The translations under genes were made by a program, and so were the position numbers. Below the pieces are notes generated by a model. That model was not told the DNA's origin, did no database searches, and saw nothing but the letters and a program-made list of their open reading frames with translations. A stretch of 59,586 nt of DNA from Bacteroidales bacterium (lineage in GTDB: Bacteria; Bacteroidota; Bacteroidia; Bacteroidales; VadinHA17): the NCBI GenBank assembly GCA_041303295.1, contig JBFYPM010000083.1, positions 1 to 59,586 of the forward strand. Direction: 5' to 3'. Positions 19,490 through 28,033 of this stretch are shown one piece after another (within the stretch, counting starts at the first letter, position 1; every line of letters starts with the position of its first letter).

Positions 19490-20549
19490 AATAGCTCTCC
19501 TTGCCGGCGACGGTATCGGACCGGAGGTGACAGAACAGGCATGCAAGGTGCTTCTGGCTACAGGAGACAGGTTCGGTCACACATTTCACTTTTCCGAAGG
19601 ACTGATCGGTGCCATTGCCATTGACCGGACCGGCAGCCCCCTGCCTGACAAGACGCTTGAACTGTGCAGACAGTCCGACGCCGTGCTCTTTGGCGCCATT
19701 GGCGATCCGAAATATGACAATGACCCTTCGGCCAGGGTCAGGCCTGAGCAGGGACTGCTGACCATGCGCCGCGAGCTCGGCCTCTATGCCAACGTAAGGC
19801 CGGTAAAGACATTCCCTGCCCTGGTTGACATGTCTCCACTGAAAAGGGAAATTGCCATGAACACGGATATAATCATGGTCCGTGAACTAACCGGAGGCAT
19901 CTATTTCGGCCGGCCACAGGGAAGAACAGAAGACGGCAACACGGCCTATGACACATGTGTTTACAGCCGGTACGAGATAGAACGCGTAGTACGGCTTGCC
20001 TGCGAATATGCCATGGTGCGAAAAAAAAAGGTGACGGTAATCGATAAGGCAAACATATTGGCTACATCGAGGCTGTGGCGGGAGACGGCTAAAAATATTG
20101 CAATGGAGTACAGCGCAATATCAATGGATTTTATGTTTGTTGACAATGCCGCCATGAAGCTTATCCAGCATCCCTCCTCTTTTGATGTTATCGTTACTGA
20201 AAACATGTTCGGTGATATCCTCTCCGATGAGGCCAGCGTCATAGCAGGCTCCATGGGGATGATGCCATCAGCCTCAGTGGGGTCATCAACCTCAGTCTTT
20301 GAACCTATCCACGGATCATACCCCCAGGCAGCTGGAAAAAATATCGCCAACCCTTGCGGTACAATACTCTCTGCAGCTATGATGCTTGACCTGGGCTTTA
20401 AACTGAAGGCAGAGGCAGAGGCAATAACTGAAGCCGTTGAAAAAGCTGTTGAAGCCGGTTTTGTTACAGTTGATCTTGACCCCGCACATCCGAAACCGAC
20501 GTCAGAGGTCGGTCAATGGATATCAGATTATATCAGGAGAAGCATTTAA
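19479..20549 (+). CDS. leuB: 3-isopropylmalate dehydrogenase
   Basis: 356 aa. Motifs seen are IALLAGDGIGPEV, NMFGDILSDEAS and GSMGMMPSAS. Confidence 0.9.
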   Translation: MEYKIALLAGDGIGPEVTEQACKVLLATGDRFGHTFHFSEGLIGAIAIDRTGSPLPDKTLELCRQSDAVLFGAIGDPKYDNDPSARVRPEQGLLTMRRELGLYANVRPVKTFPALVDMSPLKREIAMNTDIIMVRELTGGIYFGRPQGRTEDGNTAYDTCVYSRYEIERVVRLACEYAMVRKKKVTVIDKANILATSRLWRETAKNIAMEYSAISMDFMFVDNAAMKLIQHPSSFDVIVTENMFGDILSDEASVIAGSMGMMPSASVGSSTSVFEPIHGSYPQAAGKNIANPCGTILSAAMMLDLGFKLKAEAEAITEAVEKAVEAGFVTVDLDPAHPKPTSEVGQWISDYIRRSI

Positions 20550-20589
20550 TGAAAACTTTTTTGCCTTAACGATTGTTTGAATAAAAAGC

Positions 20590-20597
20590 TATATTTG
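20590..20597 (+). promoter_or_regulatory. Bacteroidetes-type -7 promoter element TATATTTG for the his leader
   Basis: Exact TAnnTTTG match ending 17 nt before the his leader ATG, the same spacing as at the ilv leader. The -33 element is not convincing. Confidence 0.35.
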
Positions 20598-20614
20598 TCC
20601 CGGCATAATTAACA

Positions 20615-20671
20615 ATGTTTACGACTAACTTACATCATCATCATTCTCATACTTGCTCTCAGGCGAGATGA
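20615..20671 (+). CDS. his operon leader peptide MFTTNLHHHHSHTCSQAR
   Basis: The 18-codon ORF has five His codons (CAT x4, TCT, CAT) at 20633-20650. It lies upstream of a terminator hairpin and hisG. Confidence 0.75.
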   Translation: MFTTNLHHHHSHTCSQAR

Positions 20672-20700
20672 AAATGGTGTATAGTAACAACCAATATCAT

Positions 20701-20732
20701 AAACCCGTCTGAGCAGATCAGGCGGGTTTTTT
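20701..20732 (+). terminator. attenuator terminator of the his leader
   Basis: AAACCCGTCTGA-GCAGA-TCAGGCGGGTTT is followed by TTT (one G-U pair in the stem). A copy of TCAGGCG at 20659-20665, inside the leader ORF, can pair with the 5-prime arm as an antiterminator. Confidence 0.75.
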
Positions 20733-20772
20733 GTTGCTGCACGGTCTGCTCGGAATAAAATAAAAAAGTCAG

Positions 20773-21630
20773 ATGAGCATACTGAAAATTGCAATCCAGA
20801 AGAGCGGAAGACTGAGCGAGAGCTCCCGCAAATTGTTTGAAGAGTGCGGCATAAAAATCACCAACGGTTCAGGCAGCCTTAAGGTCATCGCAGGCAACTT
20901 TCCGGTAGAGATACTCCTTCTTCGTGATGATGACATCCCTCAGTACGTTGAACAGCAGGTTGCTGACATCGGAATAGTGGGTGAAAACACGGTCTATGAA
21001 AAGAAGAAGAGTGTGGATATGCTTGAACAGCTGGGATTTGCTGGCTGCCGTCTCAGCCTGGCCATCCCAAAGGACGAGGTATATACTGGTCCGCAGTTCT
21101 TCATGAACAGGAAGGTTGCCACAAGTTACCCGGTGCTTCTAAGTGAATATTTTGCCGGGAAAAACATCAATGCCGAAATAGAGGAGCTGAGCGGCAGCGT
21201 TGAAATTGCACCGGGAATAGGCCTTGCTGATGCCATTTGTGATATAGTCAGCTCCGGCAGCACCCTGCTGACAAATGGCCTGCGCGAGGTTGAGACGATC
21301 ATGAAGAGCCAGGCGGTCATAATTGCAAACAGAGACCTCAGAGGAGAAAAGAAAGAGATACTTGAGAAACTGCTCTTCCGTATCAGGGCCGTAAAGAACG
21401 CCAGGGAGAACAAGTATATTCTTCTCAACGCACCTGAAGAGGCGGTAAGTGATATTTGCAGGATCCTTCCTGGTATGAAGAGTCCTACGATACTGCCGCT
21501 GGCGGAAAAAGGATGGTGCAGCCTCCATTCCGTCGTGAAGGAAGATGAGTTCTGGGAGCGGATTGACCAGCTCAGGGCAGCAGGGGCTGAAGGCATACTT
21601 GTCATACCTATAGAAAAAATGATACTGTAA
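20773..21630 (+). CDS. hisG: ATP phosphoribosyltransferase (long form)
   Basis: 285 aa. It begins LKIAIQKSGRLSE, has the DIVSSGSTL PRPP motif and retains the C-terminal regulatory domain. Confidence 0.9.
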   Translation: MSILKIAIQKSGRLSESSRKLFEECGIKITNGSGSLKVIAGNFPVEILLLRDDDIPQYVEQQVADIGIVGENTVYEKKKSVDMLEQLGFAGCRLSLAIPKDEVYTGPQFFMNRKVATSYPVLLSEYFAGKNINAEIEELSGSVEIAPGIGLADAICDIVSSGSTLLTNGLREVETIMKSQAVIIANRDLRGEKKEILEKLLFRIRAVKNARENKYILLNAPEEAVSDICRILPGMKSPTILPLAEKGWCSLHSVVKEDEFWERIDQLRAAGAEGILVIPIEKMIL

Positions 21631-22928
21631 TGAAGATACTCATCTACCCGGGCCAGGCCGATATCAGCATCGCCCTCAACAGGCCTTCCGAAGGTACCAC
21701 GGATATTGAAAAAAGTGTGCGGGAGGTACTTGCCAGGGTCAAGAGAGAGGGTGATGCTGCCCTTCGGGAATTCTCAGATAAATATGACGGCTATGCTCCG
21801 GCATCGTTTAAAGTGGATGAAACCTCACTGCGGGAGGCGGAGAAATATGTGTCTGAACCACTCAGGCAAGCAATGCTTGAAGCCGCTTCAAACATCAGGG
21901 CTTTTCACTCTGCACAGCTCCAGGGAACATCGGTAGTGAATACCGGAGAAGGTGTAAAATGCTGGAGCCGTGATGTGGCAATAGAGAAGGTGGGATTATA
22001 TATTCCCGGGGGTACTGCCCCGCTATTCTCCACCGTCCTTATGCTTGCCATACCCGCACGCCTGGCCGGATGCCGTGAAATCATCATGTGTACTCCTCCC
22101 GGCAGAGACGGGAAGGTCAGTCCGCTTATCCTCTATGCAGCCTCACTGGCCGGCGTGACCACCATATACACTATCGGCGGCGCCCAGGCAATAGCAGCCA
22201 TGGCCTACGGGACAGAGTCAATACCCCTTGTCTATAAAATTTTCGGACCCGGCAACAGGTACGTCACAAGGGCCAAGGAGCTTGTACAACTCGAAGGTAC
22301 GTCAATAGATATGCCTGCCGGCCCGAGTGAGGTGCTTGTAATTGCCGATGAGACAGCAAACCCCGCCTTTGTAGCTGCCGACCTGCTCTCACAGGCGGAA
22401 CATGGTGCTGACAGCCAGGTTATAATGCTCACCGACAGTAGAATAATGCTCACCCTGGTGAAAGATGAACTTGACAGGCAGGCAGCACAGCTGGAGAGAA
22501 ACAGTATCGCCCTGCAGTCGCTTGAAAACAGCTCACTCTTACTGCTTGACACTATTGAGGATTGCCTGAAGATCAGCAACCGGTACGCTCCCGAGCATCT
22601 GATCCTCGCAACTTCCGATCCGCACCTGCATGCTGCAGCTGTGGTAAACGCCGGCTCAGTATTCCTCGGGCATTACAGCAGCGAGAGTACAGGCGATTAC
22701 ATGACCGGACCAAATCACACCCTTCCCACCGGAGGATATGCCCGAAGCTACAGCGGTTTGTCAACAGGCAGCTTTATGAAGAAGATATTCTTCCAGGAGA
22801 TAACGGAAAAAGGGATGAGGAAAATCGGACCTGCAACAGAGCTACTGGCCGGAGCCGAAATGCTCGGAGGACATCGGAATGCTGTATCCGTCAGACTAAA
22901 AAAGCTTAACGATGAACAGAACAGATAA
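21630..22928 (+). CDS. hisD: histidinol dehydrogenase
   Basis: 432 aa. Motifs seen are YIPGGTAPLFSTVLM, QAEHG and APEHL. Its start overlaps the hisG stop. Confidence 0.9.
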   Translation: MKILIYPGQADISIALNRPSEGTTDIEKSVREVLARVKREGDAALREFSDKYDGYAPASFKVDETSLREAEKYVSEPLRQAMLEAASNIRAFHSAQLQGTSVVNTGEGVKCWSRDVAIEKVGLYIPGGTAPLFSTVLMLAIPARLAGCREIIMCTPPGRDGKVSPLILYAASLAGVTTIYTIGGAQAIAAMAYGTESIPLVYKIFGPGNRYVTRAKELVQLEGTSIDMPAGPSEVLVIADETANPAFVAADLLSQAEHGADSQVIMLTDSRIMLTLVKDELDRQAAQLERNSIALQSLENSSLLLLDTIEDCLKISNRYAPEHLILATSDPHLHAAAVVNAGSVFLGHYSSESTGDYMTGPNHTLPTGGYARSYSGLSTGSFMKKIFFQEITEKGMRKIGPATELLAGAEMLGGHRNAVSVRLKKLNDEQNR

Positions 22929-23943
22929 GCTGGTAAGACCTAACGTGAGAGCGCTGGTGCCATACTCAAGTGCCAGGGATGAATATGAAGGTAAAGAGGG
23001 TATCTTCCTTGATGCCAATGAAAATCCGTTCGGTCCTCTGAACAGGTATCCCGATCCCCGCCATCGGGAGCTACGGGCTGCCATCAGCAGACTGAAGGGC
23101 ATAGATGAAGCAAACATTTTTCTTGGAAACGGGAGCGATGAGGTGATTGATCTTTGCTACCGGATCTTCTGTAACCCTGGAGCCGACAGGGCGGTGATTT
23201 TTCCCCCAACCTACGGAATGTACCAGGTCTCAGCGGCAGTCAATGATGTTGAGCTGATTAAAGTCCCGCTCGATGCAAACTTCGATATTGATATACCCGA
23301 AGTCACCACGCTTCTTGCTGATGAGCGTATAAAACTGATCTTCATCTGCTCCCCTAATAATCCTACAGGTAACTGCATGGATCCCGGCAGAATTGAGTTC
23401 ATTTTACGCAACTTCAGCGGTATCGTGGTGCTTGATGAGGCCTATGCCGATTTCAGCGGGAGACCTTCATTCGTGGATAAGATAGCGCTTTATGACAACC
23501 TGATCGTCATGCAGACCTTCAGCAAGGCCATGGGCATGGCAGCGGCAAGGGTGGGCATGGCTTTTGCGTCACCTGAGATCCTGAAGTACTTCTTCAGGAT
23601 GAAACCTCCATATAACATCAGCCTGCTTAACCAGCAGGCTGCACTGGATAGGCTGAAGAATATAAGACCGGTTATTGTTCAGACGGATACCCTGATTGCC
23701 GAACGAAAGAGACTGGAGGAGAAGCTGAAGATGATTCCGCTGGTTGAGAAGGTCTGGCCTTCTGACGCAAACTTCCTGCTTGTGAGGGTGAAAGATGCCG
23801 ACAAAGTATATAATGAACTGATAACAAGGAATATAATCATAAGAAACAGGAGTCGTGAGGTAAGCGGTTGCCTCCGGATTACGACAGGTACCAGGACCGA
23901 GAATGACAGGCTCATTGAAGAACTGAACAGAATGAGTTTATGA
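22912..23943 (+). CDS. hisC: histidinol-phosphate aminotransferase
   Basis: 343 aa. Motifs seen are LDANENPFGP, SPNNPTG and the TFSKAMGMAAARVG PLP-lysine context. Confidence 0.9.
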   Translation: MNRTDKLVRPNVRALVPYSSARDEYEGKEGIFLDANENPFGPLNRYPDPRHRELRAAISRLKGIDEANIFLGNGSDEVIDLCYRIFCNPGADRAVIFPPTYGMYQVSAAVNDVELIKVPLDANFDIDIPEVTTLLADERIKLIFICSPNNPTGNCMDPGRIEFILRNFSGIVVLDEAYADFSGRPSFVDKIALYDNLIVMQTFSKAMGMAAARVGMAFASPEILKYFFRMKPPYNISLLNQQAALDRLKNIRPVIVQTDTLIAERKRLEEKLKMIPLVEKVWPSDANFLLVRVKDADKVYNELITRNIIIRNRSREVSGCLRITTGTRTENDRLIEELNRMSL

Positions 23944-23989
23944 AATCCGGATTATTACAGATACAAACAAGAATGATAATACCCCGCAA

Positions 23990-25078
23990 ATGAAAAAAGT
24001 GTTGTTTATAGACAGGGATGGTACCATACTTAAAGAACCGGAAGATGAGCAGGTAGACAACCTGGAAAAGCTGGAATTCATGCCAGGTGTCATCACCGCA
24101 CTTTCAGCCATTGCCCGTGAATCGGATTTTGAATTGGTATTGGTGACAAACCAGGACGGGCTGGGCACTCCGGCATTCCCGGAAGATGAGTTCCTGGCCC
24201 CTCATAATAAAATGCTTTCCATACTCGAAGGTGAAGGAATAAGATTCACAGCGCAGTTTATTGACCGCTCCTTCGAAAACGAAAACTCCCCTTACCGCAA
24301 ACCGGGAACGGCAATGCTGACGCAATACCTTGCACAGGGCGTTGACCTTGGATCATCATATGTAATCGGTGACCGCCTGACTGATATCGAACTGGCACGG
24401 AACCTGGGCTGCAGGTCAATCTATGTCAGCAGTGAAAAAAACAGTGAGGCTTCGCTCTGCACAACCGACTGGGATGAGATACGCAGGTTTCTGAAGAAGA
24501 TACCAAGAAGAGCAACCGTTTCCAGGAAGACCAGTGAGACAATGATTGAAGCCGCAATAACCCTTGACGGAACAGGCCGGTGCAGAGTATCAACGGGTCT
24601 GGGCTTCCTTGATCATATGATTGAGCAGATGTCGCGGCACGGCGGGATAGATATCAGCCTGGAGGCAACCGGAGACCTCAGGGTAGATGAACACCACCTT
24701 GTTGAAGACGTGGGACTGGTGCTGGGTGAGGCTTTTAATACAGCCCTGGGCAGTAAAAAAGGAATAGGCCGGTATGGCTTCACCCTCCCGATGGATGACG
24801 CGCTGGCACAGGTGACACTCGACTTCGGGGGGAGGCCATGGCTGACATGGGATGTAGCCTACAGGTCAGACAGGGTTGGCAACATCCCTACGGAAATGTT
24901 CTCCCACTTTTTCAGATCATTCAGTGACAACGCAAAATGCAATATCCATATTCACGCTGCAGGTGAGAATGAGCACCATCTGACGGAGGCCATATTCAAG
25001 GCTTTTGCCAGGGCAGTCCGCATGGCTGTTGCATCAACAGACAGCGGTATTCTTCCATCAACAAAGGGACAGCTATGA
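23990..25078 (+). CDS. hisB: bifunctional histidinol-phosphatase / imidazoleglycerol-phosphate dehydratase
   Basis: 362 aa. The N-terminus is HAD-type (FIDRDGT). The C-terminus has IGPD motifs (DEHHLVEDVG, GENEHH). Confidence 0.9.
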   Translation: MKKVLFIDRDGTILKEPEDEQVDNLEKLEFMPGVITALSAIARESDFELVLVTNQDGLGTPAFPEDEFLAPHNKMLSILEGEGIRFTAQFIDRSFENENSPYRKPGTAMLTQYLAQGVDLGSSYVIGDRLTDIELARNLGCRSIYVSSEKNSEASLCTTDWDEIRRFLKKIPRRATVSRKTSETMIEAAITLDGTGRCRVSTGLGFLDHMIEQMSRHGGIDISLEATGDLRVDEHHLVEDVGLVLGEAFNTALGSKKGIGRYGFTLPMDDALAQVTLDFGGRPWLTWDVAYRSDRVGNIPTEMFSHFFRSFSDNAKCNIHIHAAGENEHHLTEAIFKAFARAVRMAVASTDSGILPSTKGQL

Positions 25079-25656
25079 TAGCGATACTGAAATATAACTC
25101 CGGAAATATAATGTCAGTCCGGGTGGCCCTGCAGAGACTCGGACACGATGCGGTCATCACGGCTGATCCTGACCTGATAAGCAGGGCAGAAAAGCTAATC
25201 ATACCGGGTGTGGGCGAGGCGGGGTCAGCAATGAAACACCTCAGGGAGAGAGACCTTGACAGTGTGATACTCTCACTGAAACAACCGGTCCTGGGCATCT
25301 GCCTCGGGCTGCAGCTTATGTGCAGCTTCTCCGAAGAGAAAAACACTCAGTGCCTCGGAATATTCAATACAATCGTCAGAAGATTTCCGGCAGGCGCCAG
25401 GGTTCCCCACATGGGATGGAATAATTTTGTAAGCATTACTGACGATCCGTTACTGAAAGGAATAAATCCAGCGGATGATGTGTACTATGTCCACAGTTAT
25501 TATGCAGATGCCAGTGAATACACTACCGCCGTGTGCGATTACGTACTTCCGTTCTCTGCAGCAATGCGCAAAGACAATTTCTTTGCCACCCAGTTCCATC
25601 CTGAGAAATCAGCTGAGACAGGTGCCCGTATCCTTGAAAACTTCCTTGCATTATGA
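25075..25656 (+). CDS. hisH: imidazole glycerol phosphate synthase, glutamine amidotransferase subunit
   Basis: 193 aa. It has the GICLGLQL catalytic Cys motif and FHPEKS. Confidence 0.9.
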   Translation: MIAILKYNSGNIMSVRVALQRLGHDAVITADPDLISRAEKLIIPGVGEAGSAMKHLRERDLDSVILSLKQPVLGICLGLQLMCSFSEEKNTQCLGIFNTIVRRFPAGARVPHMGWNNFVSITDDPLLKGINPADDVYYVHSYYADASEYTTAVCDYVLPFSAAMRKDNFFATQFHPEKSAETGARILENFLAL

Positions 25657-26366
25657 GAATAATTGCAGCTATCGATCTTATTGACGGCGCCTGCGTCAGG
25701 CTGACCCAGGGCGACTATTCAAGGAAAACCCTCTACCGCCGGGAACCGGTTGATGTGGCCATGGAGCTGGAGGAGCACGGAATCAAATACCTGCACCTGG
25801 TTGATCTTGACGGGGCCCGCGAAGGGAAAATCAGAAATCACGGGGTGCTGGAGACCATTACCGATAAGACCGGACTGAAGGTGGACTTCAGCGGTGGCAT
25901 CCGAACCGATGAAGATATGCAGACTGCATTCCGTTGCGGCGCCTCACAGGTCACCTGCGGGAGCATTGCCGTGACACAACCCGGCCTTTTTCTGAAGTGG
26001 CTGTCTGATTACGGTCCTGAAAAGATCATACTCGGAGCCGACTTCAGGCAGAGAAAGGTTGCAACCGGCGGATGGATGTCCGGATCTGACACTGATATTA
26101 TGAGCTTCCTCCGGAAATACAGGTCGGAAGGTGTACTGTACGCCATGTGTACTGACATTGAAAAGGACGGAATGCTGGACGGACCCTCAGTTGACATGTA
26201 TAGAGAGATCATGAAGATTGAGGGCCTCTCACTCATTGCAAGTGGAGGAATCACATCATTGGATGACTTGACTATCCTCAAGGATACAGGATGCGAAGCA
26301 GCCATCATAGGCAAGGCAATTTATGAAGGGAAAATATCACTTAAGGAGCTTGCTGGACTATGCTGA
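25653..26366 (+). CDS. hisA: ProFAR isomerase
   Basis: 237 aa. Motifs seen are [23 protein letters not shown] and SGGI. Confidence 0.9.
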   Translation: MRIIAAIDLIDGACVRLTQGDYSRKTLYRREPVDVAMELEEHGIKYLHLVDLDGAREGKIRNHGVLETITDKTGLKVDFSGGIRTDEDMQTAFRCGASQVTCGSIAVTQPGLFLKWLSDYGPEKIILGADFRQRKVATGGWMSGSDTDIMSFLRKYRSEGVLYAMCTDIEKDGMLDGPSVDMYREIMKIEGLSLIASGGITSLDDLTILKDTGCEAAIIGKAIYEGKISLKELAGLC

Positions 26367-27115
26367 AGAAAAGAATTATACCATGCCTTGACATCAAGGA
26401 CGGGCGTACCGTCAAAGGGGTGAGCTTCGTCAACCTCAGAGATGCAGGAGACCCGGTGGAACTGGCCCGTGCGTACGCTGACCAGGCTGCCGATGAAATA
26501 GTGTTCCTTGACATAACGGCAACACACGAAAAGAGAAAGACGCTGGCAGCCCTTGTTGAGAAGATAGCTAATGCAATAAACATCCCCTTTACTGTCGGTG
26601 GAGGGATCAGCACCAGGGAGGATGTTTCACTCCTCATCAGCTCAGGTGCAGATAAAGTGAGTGTCAATACCGCAGTTGTTCATGAACCCCGGCTGATAAC
26701 AATGCTGGCTGAGAGCTTTGGCAGCCAGTGCATAGTTGTTGCAATTGATGCGCAACTGATTGACGGCGAATGGATGGTGTGCATCAACGGGGGCAGGACT
26801 GTCACCGGGGTCCGTGCACTGCAGTGGGCTACAGAGGTGGAACGGCGTGGCGCCGGAGAGATTCTCCTCACATCCGTCAACAGCGACGGTACAAAAGAGG
26901 GTTTCTCATTAGATATCACTTCAGCCATAAGTGACAGGGTGAACATCCCCGTCATTGCATCGGGCGGCGCAGGTACTGTGGAGCACTTCAGAAAGGTCTT
27001 TGAAGAGACATCCTGCAGCGCAGCGCTGGCAGCCTCGGTATTTCACTTCGGAGAGATACTTATACCTGACCTTAAAAGATACCTATTAAAAAATAACATT
27101 TACGTAAGATGCTGA
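26360..27115 (+). CDS. hisF: imidazole glycerol phosphate synthase, cyclase subunit
   Basis: 251 aa. Motifs seen are [26 protein letters not shown] and ASGGAG. Confidence 0.9.
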   Translation: MLKKRIIPCLDIKDGRTVKGVSFVNLRDAGDPVELARAYADQAADEIVFLDITATHEKRKTLAALVEKIANAINIPFTVGGGISTREDVSLLISSGADKVSVNTAVVHEPRLITMLAESFGSQCIVVAIDAQLIDGEWMVCINGGRTVTGVRALQWATEVERRGAGEILLTSVNSDGTKEGFSLDITSAISDRVNIPVIASGGAGTVEHFRKVFEETSCSAALAASVFHFGEILIPDLKRYLLKNNIYVRC

Positions 27116-27174
27116 AACCTCCATGTATTTGCATACATAAACACAATAATATAATAATCAACTACATGGAGGTT
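27116..27174. repeat. perfect 12-bp inverted repeat AACCTCCATGTA / TACATGGAGGTT between hisF and hisIE
   Basis: The arms are at 27116-27127 and 27163-27174, with a 35-nt AT-rich loop. The loop holds a second small palindrome, ATGTAT..ATACAT (27123-27138). Confidence 0.8.
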
Positions 27175-27203
27175 CCATCATACCATTAAAAATAAATTAT
27201 TAT

Positions 27204-27800
27204 ATGATGAATATCAACTTTTACAAGGGAAACGGTCTGGTTCCTGCCGTGATACAGGACAACACCACCCTGCAGGTGCTGATGGTCGGTTACATGAATG
27301 AGGAGGCCTACCTTAAGACGGTCAGTGAAGGCAGGGTCACTTTCTTCAGCCGGAGCAGGGAGAGACTGTGGACAAAGGGAGAGACTTCCGGAAACTTCCT
27401 CACCGTGACAGAGATTATTCCCGACTGTGACAATGATGCCCTTCTGATAAGGGTCATGCCGGCCGGACCGGTGTGCCACCTGGGAACACATTCATGCTTT
27501 GGCGACATGGAGACCAGGGGCTTTCTCTATAAGCTTGAGAAGATCATAAGTGAAAGGATTGACGAAGACGCTTCTGATTCATATACAAACAAACTTTACA
27601 GGAAGGGTATTAATAAAATAGCCCAGAAGGTGGGCGAAGAGGCTGTTGAACTGGTAATCGAAGCCAAAGATGATAACATTGATCTCTTCAGAAATGAAGC
27701 CGCCGATCTGCTCTATCATCTGCTGGTGCTCCTGAAGGCTAAGTCAACAAACCTGCCTGAAATTGAAGAAGTCTTATCCGGGAGGCATAAATCAAAATAA
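27204..27800 (+). CDS. hisIE: bifunctional phosphoribosyl-AMP cyclohydrolase / phosphoribosyl-ATP pyrophosphatase
   Basis: 198 aa. The HisI part has LVPAVIQD and a CHLGTHSCF Zn site. The HisE part has KVGEEAVE and EAADLLYHLLVLL. Confidence 0.9.
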   Translation: MMNINFYKGNGLVPAVIQDNTTLQVLMVGYMNEEAYLKTVSEGRVTFFSRSRERLWTKGETSGNFLTVTEIIPDCDNDALLIRVMPAGPVCHLGTHSCFGDMETRGFLYKLEKIISERIDEDASDSYTNKLYRKGINKIAQKVGEEAVELVIEAKDDNIDLFRNEAADLLYHLLVLLKAKSTNLPEIEEVLSGRHKSK

Positions 27801-27852
27801 AAGTTAAATCTCTGATCAGGTAGAAAAAATATATTCAACTGGCATCATCGTA

Positions 27853-27860
27853 TAGATTTT
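27853..27860 (+). promoter_or_regulatory. possible -7 promoter element TAGATTTT (one mismatch to TAnnTTTG) for the trp leader
   Basis: The motif ends 17 nt before the ATG at 27878. This is the same spacing seen at the ilv and his leaders. The last base is T rather than G. Confidence 0.25.
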
Positions 27861-27865
27861 TTATT

Positions 27866-27922
27866 ATGTTTGCACTGATGAAAGAATTCAAGTTATATAA
27901 CTGGCGCTGGTGCAGCTCATGA
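27866..27922 (+). CDS. Trp leader peptide (longest ORF MFALMKEFKLYNWRWCSS; probably initiates at 27878 as the 14-aa MKEFKLYNWRWCSS)
   Basis: The short ORF has two TGG codons in a W-R-W arrangement near its end. It lies 55 nt upstream of a GC-rich hairpin and directly upstream of trpB2. Confidence 0.6.
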   Translation: MFALMKEFKLYNWRWCSS

Positions 27923-27976
27923 ATTGAAGCTGTGAATCACGTCATTATTTAACTTATCAAGGATAATTATTTAAAG

Positions 27977-28003
27977 AGGCGCGCTGATCACAGCGCGCCT
28001 TTT
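27977..28003 (+). terminator. hairpin / attenuator terminator upstream of trpB2
   Basis: AGGCGCGCTG-ATCA-CAGCGCGCCT is a perfect 10-bp stem. It is followed by TTTGTATTGT, an interrupted T-tract. Confidence 0.55.
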
Positions 28004-28033
28004 GTATTGTATAACCCTAAACTTAATGAACAC

